Below, piece after piece: positions 30,818 through 39,401 of a stretch of DNA of 64,000 nucleotides (position 1 is the first letter of the stretch; the number at the start of each line of letters is the position of its first letter). The notes beneath the pieces are model-generated. The model searched no databases and was not told the DNA's origin. It worked only from the letters and a program-made list of their open reading frames with translations. The stretch lies in the UHGV virus genome UHGV-1372970. One strand, given 5' to 3'. The DNA is from a virus. The translations under genes were made by a program, and so were the position numbers.

Positions 30818-31069
30818 TTATCCTATTCTTCCAAAGATTTCCATTAATTGCTCTTTGGCGTCAGGGTCTGCTTTCACTTTCGATGGATCGTAGACTTTAT
30901 CGGTTACGACTGGTCTTCCTACCCGGTATTGCAAACCCTCCATGAACGCCGTAGCGTCTTCCGCCCCCGCCTGTGCTACTCGTGACACCTGGAAACCTCT
31001 CAGGTCGTCTTCTGCTTTTAGACGGTCGATGTTGCGGCTTAGCATCCAGAAGGTTGCCAGTGGCAGCAT
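30818..31069 (-). CDS. Tail assembly chaperone T-like segment, probably expressed as a G-T fusion by -1 frameshift. The -1 frame is open up to about 31183.
   Basis: ORF lies in the -1 frame relative to the upstream G-like ORF. I translated the -1 frame by hand and it stays open through the last 4 codons of G (...RSKVISREESGVV...). Canonical G/GT arrangement upstream of the tape measure. Confidence 0.5.
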   Translation of the reverse strand: MLPLATFWMLSRNIDRLKAEDDLRGFQVSRVAQAGAEDATAFMEGLQYRVGRPVVTDKVYDPSKVKADPDAKEQLMEIFGRIG

Positions 31070-31170
31070 CAGAACTTCTCGCGGCGAAATGGCGTAATAA
31101 GCAATAACTCGGCTGAAGTAGAATCCGAAGTCGATAGAGATCGTAACGACACCGGATTCTTCGCGGGAAA

Positions 31171-31488
31171 TTACTTTACTTCTTCACCGGCAGCGGCTTC
31201 GTTCTCTTCATCTGCCTGTTCCATGGCAAAGGTGAAGATCTGCTGAAGCTGCGGAATACTCAGACGATTGATAACTTCCTGCGGAACGTCTGGCATAACC
31301 TCAGCCACCAGGCCAGCGTATGCCTCAACCTGATCCAGCATGGACATCGACTCGATGTCTTTACCTTCGAAGGCTTTGACTTTGGCAAACAAACCAACGG
31401 TCATTTCGGCAATGGCATAGGTTTTACCAGCCAGTTTGATTTCTTTTTTAGGTGGAAGGATGGAATCCAGATCCAGTAACTTAGTCAT
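31171..31488 (-). CDS. Tail assembly chaperone G-like
   Basis: 105 aa, acidic C-terminus ...EENEAAAGEEVK. Immediately upstream of T-like ORF and tape measure. Confidence 0.6.
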   Translation of the reverse strand: MTKLLDLDSILPPKKEIKLAGKTYAIAEMTVGLFAKVKAFEGKDIESMSMLDQVEAYAGLVAEVMPDVPQEVINRLSIPQLQQIFTFAMEQADEENEAAAGEEVK

Positions 31489-31539
31489 TTAAAAATCCTT
31501 TTAAAACAGAGGGCCGTCCTGACCCTCTAAAATCTGCAA

Positions 31540-31791
31540 TTAAGCGGTTACAGTTACGGTGACTTGCGAGGACACAATCGCACCGTCTTTCGTGGTAAAC
31601 GTAATCTTCGCAGTACCCGTTGCCACACCCTTCACAACGCCATTGGCGTCTACAGTTGCAATCGCTGGGTTACTTGAAGTCCATGTACCACCTTTTTCAT
31701 CTGCGGTTGACGGGGCAATCGTCTTAGTCAGCGTCGTTGTTGCTCCAACTCTGACTGACGCCGAAGCTGGCGACACAGTCACTCCCGTCAC
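31540..31791 (-). CDS. Ig-like (Big_2-type) domain ORF, possibly appended to the major tail protein by programmed frameshift
   Basis: 83 aa. ...VTVSPASASVRVGATTTLTKT...SSNPAIATVDANGVVKGVATGTAKIT... is a bacterial Ig-like group 2 signature. Begins 3 nt after the major tail stop, in a different frame. Confidence 0.5.
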   Translation of the reverse strand: MTGVTVSPASASVRVGATTTLTKTIAPSTADEKGGTWTSSNPAIATVDANGVVKGVATGTAKITFTTKDGAIVSSQVTVTVTA

Positions 31792-31793
31792 TT

Positions 31794-32285
31794 TTACTTT
31801 GGGGCCGAGAGAGTCCCCAACACGCCGGTGTCATCCGGGTACGCATTGAACTCAACAGAGAACACGCGAACATCATCTGACTTATAAGCCATGGTGAAGT
31901 TACCACCGGTAGCGGCATTCGGTAGAGTCAGAATGAAGTCAGTACCATCTTGCGGGGTCAGTACCAATTCCTGAGCAACATCAACGAGGTTGACGCCCTG
32001 CGCCGATTTGATGCTCAGCGTTTTGCTGTCGGTTGACATACTAGAACCAGGCATCAGGTTAACCATGTTCGCAAGCACGCTTTCGGCCAGCGGTACGGTT
32101 ACTTTGATGTTACGACCCTGAATCAGCTCAGAGATGGTGGTTTGGCCTAACTGGTCAACGGTCACTTTCAGGGTTTCGGTAGAAACTTCCACCTCTACAC
32201 CGCCCTTTGTGTAACCCAGATCAGCACCTGCAAAGGTCACTGCACAGGCACCTAGTTTGATATTTTTTACATGGGTATTAGCCAT
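31794..32285 (-). CDS. Major tail protein (tube)
   Basis: 163 aa. Position directly upstream of the G/T chaperones. Strong SD (AAAGGAG). Beta-rich. Confidence 0.7.
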   Translation of the reverse strand: MANTHVKNIKLGACAVTFAGADLGYTKGGVEVEVSTETLKVTVDQLGQTTISELIQGRNIKVTVPLAESVLANMVNLMPGSSMSTDSKTLSIKSAQGVNLVDVAQELVLTPQDGTDFILTLPNAATGGNFTMAYKSDDVRVFSVEFNAYPDDTGVLGTLSAPK

Positions 32286-32325
32286 TCTTGGTAAACTCCT
32301 TTTACCGGTTTCGTCATCTTGACAG

Positions 32326-32347
32326 TAAGTAAGTATATACTTACTTA
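32326..32347. promoter_or_regulatory. Late-type palindrome TAAGTAAGTATATACTTACTTA upstream of major tail gene
   Basis: Perfect 22-bp palindrome roughly 40-60 nt upstream of the major tail start. Confidence 0.45.
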
Positions 32348-32435
32348 TTTAAGCATTGCAATATCATAAGTGCGCTTGGTATAAACTTAGAAGGGAAATG
32401 GGGGCCATCACCCCCGTAGCCAACTGCCTGCTTTT

Positions 32436-32876
32436 TTAATCTTTTTTATTCATTTTCTTCTGGTACGCCTCGACCCCATCGGAGCAGGCGGTTGCGTAAT
32501 TGTAATACTCTCGATTAATCATACCGGTCACGAAGTCATAGCGCGGGTATATATCGGTAAGAAAATCTTTTTCCTGATCGTTGAATTTTTTTGTCTCAAG
32601 GATTAGATCAGAAGCAAATTCAGTTTCAAAATCATTGCCATGGGCGTCCCTGCCTTTAACCTTGCCGCACACGATATACTCGCCAAACGGGAGCTTGTTC
32701 TCTGCATGAAGATCAACGAACTTCATATCTGAAAATGTCGCCGACTCTGGGTCTGCCAGACGGGTCTTGACCTTCATCTTCGCAAATTCAATCGCTTCGG
32801 TTTCCATCTTATTATCGTCACAACCCGTAATAACGACCGATAAACCAACAACCAACCCAATCAACGTTTTCTTCAT
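32436..32876 (-). CDS. Lipoprotein moron (146 aa) inserted between tail-completion genes and major tail gene. Candidate superinfection-exclusion protein.
   Basis: Signal peptide with lipobox VITGC. Flanked downstream by a terminator-like hairpin (ggggg-ccatca-ccccc, about 32405-32425). AT-richer than its neighbours. Confidence 0.5.
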   Translation of the reverse strand: MKKTLIGLVVGLSVVITGCDDNKMETEAIEFAKMKVKTRLADPESATFSDMKFVDLHAENKLPFGEYIVCGKVKGRDAHGNDFETEFASDLILETKKFNDQEKDFLTDIYPRYDFVTGMINREYYNYATACSDGVEAYQKKMNKKD

Positions 32877-32968
32877 TTTTTAATCCGACCATTCCATTTT
32901 TATCTACTAATATTCAAAAGGTTCGAGCGGCCATGCAAACGAAAAAGCCGCACGAAGCGGCCAGGAAA

Positions 32969-33349
32969 CTACAACATATACCCGGCAAATTCCACCGGTA
33001 ACCCTATTTCGAACATTGCACCATCATTTCTTGGGTAAACGACTGGCAGGGTCATTGGTCTAACCATCTTAAAAAAGACCCCATTTGACGTAATATCTTC
33101 CGCAGGAAGCAGATCACTAATTGCTCGCATCTTCTTTTGTGCGGTGGAAAGAGAAACGTCGCGCACCACAATCAGCATAGAGTCCATATAAAAATCTCGT
33201 AACTCATGATCTACGGAGATACCACTGGTCGGCGATGTCACCATCACCGCACTTTTGACATCCTGCGGCATGGCGTCGGCAAAGACATTCGACCCGGCCT
33301 TCCCAATCCCCATTTTTGCCAGGTGCATTGCTAATCCCTCAACAAACAT
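32969..33349 (-). CDS. Putative tail terminator / tail completion protein
   Basis: 126 aa; positional call (last head-tail gene before the major tail). Confidence 0.35.
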   Translation of the reverse strand: MFVEGLAMHLAKMGIGKAGSNVFADAMPQDVKSAVMVTSPTSGISVDHELRDFYMDSMLIVVRDVSLSTAQKKMRAISDLLPAEDITSNGVFFKMVRPMTLPVVYPRNDGAMFEIGLPVEFAGYML

Positions 33350-33843
33350 TATCGTCTCCTTATGAAACCAGCTTTTCTCGCTGAATCTTCAACTATTTCA
33401 GGGAACCGCTTTCGGATGTATTCGACGGCTCTTTCCATGTACCGACGCCCGACGTTAACCCGCCGATTATCTACCGGCCCCTGTGTCATCTGCTTCAAAA
33501 TAGAACCGGCACCGAGGCTGTATTTGTGCTTTTCCATATAGAGCGCATAATCACCAACCGTAGTGCCGGGCTTAACCTTCACAGTCCCATTACTCTGTCT
33601 TGGCCGGCTTTCATCAACCTTCATTTCGATGTGCAAGCTGTCGTAACCGGTCTTTACCACGCGAGCAAAAATGGCGCTTTCAAGCGATCCGGTTTCCATC
33701 GGGGCCATTGCTCTTGCCATTCTCTGAGCGACATTAGCCAGCTTCGCCATCTCAGAGACAAGCACGCGTTTATAGGCTTTCTGGCTGTTGCTGAGACGAC
33801 TCTGGGCCTTCTTCAGATTCAGCGTGTTGATGTTTAAACCCAT
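33349..33843 (-). CDS. HK97 gp10-like head-tail / neck protein
   Basis: ...APMETGSLESAIFARV... matches the DTG(R/S)L motif of the HK97 gp10 family. 164 aa. Confidence 0.5.
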   Translation of the reverse strand: MGLNINTLNLKKAQSRLSNSQKAYKRVLVSEMAKLANVAQRMARAMAPMETGSLESAIFARVVKTGYDSLHIEMKVDESRPRQSNGTVKVKPGTTVGDYALYMEKHKYSLGAGSILKQMTQGPVDNRRVNVGRRYMERAVEYIRKRFPEIVEDSARKAGFIRRR

Positions 33844-34178
33844 ATATTCGCCCCGACTTCATAATGCCCCGGACGGCCGCGTAACCCCCATCGCTGGTGG
33901 ATGCTTTCGACTCGCATTTTTTTGCCGCTAACGATAAGCACATCCTCCTTGGCGATCGGCGCTGACAGTGGCACGATGAAGACTGCATCAAACAGCGCAA
34001 TCTCCGCCTTACCACGGCTTGCAGAACTATCCGCACGAACAGACGTTTTATCGATACTGTCAACGAACGAAACGGCGCCCATCTTTATCTGAGCAGCGAA
34101 CTCGTATTTCGCCTCTCCGTACAAGTCCATACCACCTTTCTTGTACAGAGCGCCCTCAACCTGCCAGGCAATATCCAT
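33834..34178 (-). CDS. Putative head-tail adaptor/joining protein
   Basis: 114 aa; position. Confidence 0.35.
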   Translation of the reverse strand: MDIAWQVEGALYKKGGMDLYGEAKYEFAAQIKMGAVSFVDSIDKTSVRADSSASRGKAEIALFDAVFIVPLSAPIAKEDVLIVSGKKMRVESIHQRWGLRGRPGHYEVGANIWV

Positions 34179-34188
34179 TTGACCCGCC

Positions 34189-35022
34189 TTACTGTCTGCG
34201 CACGATGACGCGGTTATCCATGTACTTCAGCAACATTCTCCACGTCGTTTTGGCGACAATAGAGACAGCACCTTTACCCTGGCGGTAAGCCATGGTCGTT
34301 TCGCCAATCGATTCAGAGACGATCCCATCCTCACGCGCACGCTGAATATCACTGCCACCGGCAATCTCACTGGCTTCATTCACAACGGCCAGTGCAAGTG
34401 CGTTTCGGAAGACTTCTGGAAACTCCATAAAGTCATCGTCGGTCAGCTTATCCCAATCAACAATGTCGGAGGTGTACTGACCTGCCCAGCGGAAAGGCAG
34501 AGTCGACGTCTGAAGCATATTCTGAGGGCGATCATAATCATCCCAATCCATGCCATAGATCCGACGAATTGAAAACGACATCGACTTAATGCGCTTCGTT
34601 GCCTCAATCAGCTGACGCCGCAGGTCCCCTTCGCCACCGGTTAGTAAACTTCCGCCGTTAAGCATGTCGATCGCCTGTAGCTGCGCTTCGCCAATGGAGA
34701 TAAACGACTGCTTCGGGACAGACAGCTCAAAACTGCGTAAAACGATGTACTGCTGCTCTTTGGTAATGAAAGCGCCACCTGCATCAACTGATAGCGTAAC
34801 GCGTCGCAAATCGCGTTCACGCTCACCCAGAGCGTTAATCGCCCCAGGGACAGTGATAGTGACAAACATCTGCCCATCAGAGACAGGGACATCGACGCCG
34901 GACGTGACGATATTTCCGCTGGCGTCTTTCACAGAGTAACTGGCTGAGGTAGCGCTCATCACATCGAGAGAAAAGCGCAGCGTGACATCATCCCCGTCTT
35001 TATAAACGCCAAGCTGCCCCAT
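34189..35022 (-). CDS. Hypothetical head-tail connector / structural protein, 277 aa
   Basis: ORF track; located in the head completion region. Confidence 0.3.
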   Translation of the reverse strand: MGQLGVYKDGDDVTLRFSLDVMSATSASYSVKDASGNIVTSGVDVPVSDGQMFVTITVPGAINALGERERDLRRVTLSVDAGGAFITKEQQYIVLRSFELSVPKQSFISIGEAQLQAIDMLNGGSLLTGGEGDLRRQLIEATKRIKSMSFSIRRIYGMDWDDYDRPQNMLQTSTLPFRWAGQYTSDIVDWDKLTDDDFMEFPEVFRNALALAVVNEASEIAGGSDIQRAREDGIVSESIGETTMAYRQGKGAVSIVAKTTWRMLLKYMDNRVIVRRQ

Positions 35023-35447
35023 TACACGCCGCCTTGCGCTTTCAGAATGCCGTCAATCATCTCTACGATGCCTTTGGCCTTCACGCCTACTACCCCACCA
35101 ATCAAACGCAGACCCGCGATCCCTTCAATATCAGCGACAGCCTCAAGCTCTTCACGCGTGTAGATCTGAACACCCGGCTCGACAGTACCGCGAGCGAGAT
35201 TGGTCACTGGCTCTGCGACATGTTCCTTAACGGCCTCAGCATTAACGGAGTATCGCTCGCTATAAGCGCCAGCTGCCGAAACATTGCGGCCATCAACGGT
35301 TTCCGCACGCATCGACGCGCAGATACGCTGCTGATCCACAAACGGTAGCTCTTCGACAGAAACACCATCTTCGAACTGAACGCCACAAAGCAGACCGGTG
35401 TATCCCTTAAAGGTCGATTCCAGCAACTTCACTTTTGCACTTTTCAT
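35022..35447 (-). CDS. Hypothetical structural protein, 141 aa
   Basis: ORF track; start overlaps the next gene's stop (coupled). Confidence 0.3.
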   Translation of the reverse strand: MKSAKVKLLESTFKGYTGLLCGVQFEDGVSVEELPFVDQQRICASMRAETVDGRNVSAAGAYSERYSVNAEAVKEHVAEPVTNLARGTVEPGVQIYTREELEAVADIEGIAGLRLIGGVVGVKAKGIVEMIDGILKAQGGV

Positions 35448-35488
35448 TTTCTATCCCTGAATGTGGGCGCCATATGACGCCCTTTTGG

Positions 35489-35932
35489 TTAAACTTGGAC
35501 TGTCTCTGGATTGTTTACGGTGATAGCCGCTTCGTCGAATACAGAGCCATCATTAGCAACCAGACGAATCTTCACACTGCCTTCGGCTACACCTTTCACC
35601 AGACCAGACGCATCGACGGTCGCAATGCCGGAATCGTCAGTCACCCAATGGTAAGAGCGGTCAGTGGCGTTATCAGGCTTGATAGTGCCTCCCAACTGAA
35701 CCGTCTCACCCACCAGCACCGTCGCCGTCTTCGGGGAAACCGTTACGCTCTGGACGTGAATGATAGCGGCCGCATCTTTGTGCGGTTCAGACTTGAAACA
35801 TGCGGCCAGGCGATTCTGGCGGTACTCAGTCATCGGCGCGTCAGAAACTGATTTGGTAAACGGCGTGTTAAACATCGTTCCGGTGAAATCAGTGAACTGC
35901 TCGTCCGTGATTTTCATTTTTTGCTCAGGCAT
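35489..35932 (-). CDS. Ig-like (Big_2) domain protein, probable capsid decoration / head fibre
   Basis: ...VTVSPKTATVLVGETVQLGGTIKPDNATDRSYHWVTDDSGIATVDASGLVKGVAEGSVKI... Directly after the MCP gene. Confidence 0.55.
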   Translation of the reverse strand: MPEQKMKITDEQFTDFTGTMFNTPFTKSVSDAPMTEYRQNRLAACFKSEPHKDAAAIIHVQSVTVSPKTATVLVGETVQLGGTIKPDNATDRSYHWVTDDSGIATVDASGLVKGVAEGSVKIRLVANDGSVFDEAAITVNNPETVQV

Positions 35933-35944
35933 ATCTTTCCCTCA

Positions 35945-35998
35945 AAAAAAAAGGGCGGGCGCAAGCCCACCCGTTAATTAAGTAAGTATTTACTTACT
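35945..35998 (-). terminator. Rho-independent terminator/attenuator immediately after the major capsid gene, adjacent to a late-type palindrome (35979-35998)
   Basis: On the mRNA: CGGGUGGGC-UUGC-GCCCGCCC followed by U9, preceded by TAAGTAAGTATTTACTTACT. Lies between the MCP stop (36006) and the decoration gene start (35932). Confidence 0.55.
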
Positions 35999-36005
35999 AA
36001 TCTAA

Positions 36006-36878
36006 TTAAATCTTAACGCCGCCCAGAGCTGCAATGGCTTTGTCATGCTTGTTAACCAGACCGGTGTACCACTTAACGCGGGTACGGGTTGCGTCTTTAT
36101 CCTGAACGGTGCCGATGGACTCGACAACGATACCGGCATTGTCACCGCCGTAGATACCGGACAGGCCGTTCTCTTCGGACATGTGCAGACAGTAAATCGG
36201 AGCCGCGCCGTCAGTAACCGGGATAAAGTCGTTCACGATGAACGGAATGCCGTTGTGGGTCAGCATCGGTCGACCGAAGTTCTCCACCATGATTTCGCTC
36301 GGGCCAGCGTTTACGGTACGCAGCAGCGCACGATAAGCACGCAGGTGCTCGGAGCGAACCATCAGGCAGTCAGCGCCCAGATCTTTAACCGCATCCACCA
36401 GCTCATCGAGCATGGAGAAGGTCATAGAGGCGTTAGCCGCGATGTTCTGGTCCGCAGCCATCAGCTTCGCGATACCGTTGAAGGACTTCGGATTCAGAGT
36501 TTCGTCACCCTGGATCAGATTGCGGCGGAACGCACGCGCCAGACCTTTCACTTTCGCGCGGATCTGAATCGCCAGCTGGCTGTTGGTGTCATCCATGGTG
36601 GTAGCCAGGAATTTATCAACATCCACATCACCGGCCATAATACGCAGCTTCGCGGTATGTTCGGAGAAGGTTGCAGCGCCTTCAGGGATCACATCGTTCA
36701 CGTCGATGAAACCGGCTTCAGACAGGGTCGCTTCGCGGTTGTACAGATAGGCTTTGCTGTTCACTTTGAAGAACGGCAGGATTGCAAACAGGTCATCACG
36801 GTCGATAATCGTTTCGATTACGCCCTGCTCCAGTTCGTTATTACTCAGCTTTTCAGCTTCTTCACGCAGTAAAGGCAT
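36006..36878 (-). CDS. Major capsid protein (HK97-fold)
   Basis: 290 aa. Position after the scaffold. Followed by a strong terminator (consistent with high expression). Typical MCP size and composition. Confidence 0.7.
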   Translation of the reverse strand: MPLLREEAEKLSNNELEQGVIETIIDRDDLFAILPFFKVNSKAYLYNREATLSEAGFIDVNDVIPEGAATFSEHTAKLRIMAGDVDVDKFLATTMDDTNSQLAIQIRAKVKGLARAFRRNLIQGDETLNPKSFNGIAKLMAADQNIAANASMTFSMLDELVDAVKDLGADCLMVRSEHLRAYRALLRTVNAGPSEIMVENFGRPMLTHNGIPFIVNDFIPVTDGAAPIYCLHMSEENGLSGIYGGDNAGIVVESIGTVQDKDATRTRVKWYTGLVNKHDKAIAALGGVKI

Positions 36879-36907
36879 CTTTCATTTCCTTATGATTAAG
36901 ATGTTTG

Positions 36908-37780
36908 TTACTTGTTCAATTTACCAATGCCAGCGGTCAACTTATCCAGTGTCGACATCTTGGTTTCGGTATTCAGTTTCGGTTTGGTGGTGGTCTTAGA
37001 GTGAGCACCTTGCTTAGCTTCACTGCGCAGCAAAGCGTCAGCTTCAGGGTCAGCACGCAGAATGCGCTCAATAGCACTTTCAAACGCCAGTGGACTACCT
37101 TGTCCATCAACCATAACCGTGCGATCTTTTGCGCCAGCTGGTTTGTCAAAACCAACGACGCGGCCGTCTTCGCCAATCTCAAAGTGAGCGCCGTAAATGA
37201 CACGAGCCTTTGCTGGGGTCATCAGGACTTTCTCACGCAGGAAGTTGGACTCGCTAAAAGAGGTTCCGATGGTTTTCTCAACCAGCTCACCTTTCATGCC
37301 AGCGATAACCGCTTCGAGTTCAGCGATGCGAGTGTCACGACCTTCCAGATCTTTGCCGTGCGCTTCGACCATCTGCTTTTTAACAGCGTCAAATTCGCCG
37401 CGGCGTTCTAGCTCCAGACGCTCCGCGTCTTCACGAGCTTTTTGAGCAGCGGACTCAGCTTGGACTAACTCGATGGCGCGTTCCGGTGCAATATCACCGT
37501 ACTGAGCCAGCTTTTCCTTCAGAGATTGCTCGTTGCCTTTTCGCTTCATGCTTTCTTTCAGCAAAGTCGCGGAGGTTTTACGCTCTTCACGGACTTTAGC
37601 AATCAGCTCTTCAGCACTCAGACCATCCAGATCGTCAATTTGGGCAGCGCCCTTCTCAACGTCTGAAACTTCTGCGCCGGATTCACCACCGCCACCGCCA
37701 CCGCCACCGCCTAACTCTTCTTTGCCCGCAACGTCCATGTACCCGGTATGGGCCAACTGCATCCACTGCCATAACTTCAT
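36908..37780 (-). CDS. Scaffolding protein
   Basis: Highly charged coiled-coil protein with poly-Gly tract (GGGGGGGGG). Between portal and MCP. Confidence 0.55.
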   Translation of the reverse strand: MKLWQWMQLAHTGYMDVAGKEELGGGGGGGGGESGAEVSDVEKGAAQIDDLDGLSAEELIAKVREERKTSATLLKESMKRKGNEQSLKEKLAQYGDIAPERAIELVQAESAAQKAREDAERLELERRGEFDAVKKQMVEAHGKDLEGRDTRIAELEAVIAGMKGELVEKTIGTSFSESNFLREKVLMTPAKARVIYGAHFEIGEDGRVVGFDKPAGAKDRTVMVDGQGSPLAFESAIERILRADPEADALLRSEAKQGAHSKTTTKPKLNTETKMSTLDKLTAGIGKLNK

Positions 37781-37792
37781 TCAAAAATCCTT

Positions 37793-39367
37793 TTATTCGT
37801 CATTACCCGGTTTCTTGGGTGATGTTTTCCCTGTTCCTTGGGACTTCTCTTGCCCAGTTTCTCGGGCTGTACCTTTATCATAAGTAAGTGCTAACTTACT
37901 TTCAACCCCCATAGGTTCATTTTTTGGAGGAAATTGCAATAAATCTTTCTCAATCTCCTTCATTTTCTCTTTCGGGAGGTTCGGGAAGATTTTATCAATC
38001 AGGATCTCCATCTGATAACGACGCACAGAATCCGGTGCCTGGAGCAATTGCAGGTTCTGGGCAACACTGAACTCGTCAGTCAGACCACGAATGTCGAAGC
38101 TCTCAGGGTACGCCACCAGCTCGTCATCTTCTGGCAGTTTGTCACCCATCCATGCAGTCACCAGCTTCATCAGCATTTCCTCGGCTCGCTGCAGGCGGCT
38201 TGATTTGTTGATAAGCAGACTATTCACTCGCTGGAAGTCATACAGCTTGGCCGCGCCGCTGGAGTTGTCGATACCCTTAGCGTTGTCCTGCTTCGTCCGC
38301 TCACCAGCCACGCCGACAGAGTGATAGATCTCATTGATGATCTGCTGAACGGTCGAAATAATCATGCTCGCCTGTTTCGGGTCCGGCGACAGGTAGAATG
38401 GTTGCGCTCCGTTTTCGCCGTCGTAGGTGAAGACGCGCTTCGTACCAAACTCCAGCACTTTTTTGTGGTTCTCGTCGCCAGGCAACAGCGACTGAACAGG
38501 GATGGCCAGCTGGGAAAATGTCTGATCCTGGATGATGGCATCGAGGTTAGACAGATAGTTCGCCACGGCACGGTCGAGGTAAGCGATGTCATCAATAAGC
38601 GACGGGCTGAAATACTGCGACTCACTCTGCCCCATACAATCGACCGGGAATACCGGAACCATGCCGAGGCCATGCGAACCGTAATCTTCCAGAATCACCT
38701 TCGCTCGATTGCCGGCGCGTGAGCCCTTTTTCTCTTCACGGAACAGATACCAGTCGGTCTTTGTCCATAAACGGTAACGAAGGAACTCTTTGCCGGAGGA
38801 TTTGAAAGGGTCAGAGTCATCACGACCGATTTCGCAGATCAGAATCCAGCTCAGATTACCCTCTTCATCCCACGCGCAATCCAGCATCTGCTGTGGCGAT
38901 ACCCAATAGGCGTAAGCGCGGCCGTCAGATTTCTTCTGATCCTCTTTCGACTCAATTTCACCCGATACAGTGCTATCCACGACAACCCAGATACGACCGT
39001 AAATTGATGACTGCAGGTCGACTTCGGCCATGAAGTCATCGATATTCATGTTCTGGCGTGTTGCACGTTTCCAAAAGTCTTTTACAGATTGCGGCGCGTC
39101 GTCCTCGCAGCGGTGAATATCCTCTTTAAACAGGTATTTGTTGATGAGGTTCACTACTTCGCGAGTGTGGTTAAACCGGTAAGCACGCTCCAGTCGCTCT
39201 TTAAATTCAGCATCCCCCTCTTTGAAGTAGCGGAAGATGTTGTCTTTAAACCATGTACGGCCACCAGCGTAAGTGGCCGCGATGAAGTCCCAATGCGCTT
39301 TGCGCGTTTCGTAATCAGGATGGCGACGGTTCACCAGATCCTGAATCATTTTAGTAGACAATTCCAT
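37793..39367 (-). CDS. Portal protein
   Basis: 524 aa, immediately downstream of terL. Acidic/basic disordered C-terminus. Confidence 0.75.
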   Translation of the reverse strand: MELSTKMIQDLVNRRHPDYETRKAHWDFIAATYAGGRTWFKDNIFRYFKEGDAEFKERLERAYRFNHTREVVNLINKYLFKEDIHRCEDDAPQSVKDFWKRATRQNMNIDDFMAEVDLQSSIYGRIWVVVDSTVSGEIESKEDQKKSDGRAYAYWVSPQQMLDCAWDEEGNLSWILICEIGRDDSDPFKSSGKEFLRYRLWTKTDWYLFREEKKGSRAGNRAKVILEDYGSHGLGMVPVFPVDCMGQSESQYFSPSLIDDIAYLDRAVANYLSNLDAIIQDQTFSQLAIPVQSLLPGDENHKKVLEFGTKRVFTYDGENGAQPFYLSPDPKQASMIISTVQQIINEIYHSVGVAGERTKQDNAKGIDNSSGAAKLYDFQRVNSLLINKSSRLQRAEEMLMKLVTAWMGDKLPEDDELVAYPESFDIRGLTDEFSVAQNLQLLQAPDSVRRYQMEILIDKIFPNLPKEKMKEIEKDLLQFPPKNEPMGVESKLALTYDKGTARETGQEKSQGTGKTSPKKPGNDE

Positions 39368-39385
39368 TTGTCATATCCTTACGTT

Positions 39386-39401
39386 AGTAAATACTTACTT
39401 A
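39386..39401. promoter_or_regulatory. Late-type (imperfect) palindrome AGTAAATACTTACTTA between terL stop and portal start
   Basis: Family motif with one mismatch. Overlaps the terL stop codon. Confidence 0.35.

Noticed and set aside
36045-36872. 275-aa plus-strand ORF antisense to the major capsid gene
   Set aside because: Exactly mirrors the MCP gene, is His/Arg/Val-rich with no motifs, and has no translation signals. Typical antisense shadow ORF of a GC-balanced gene.
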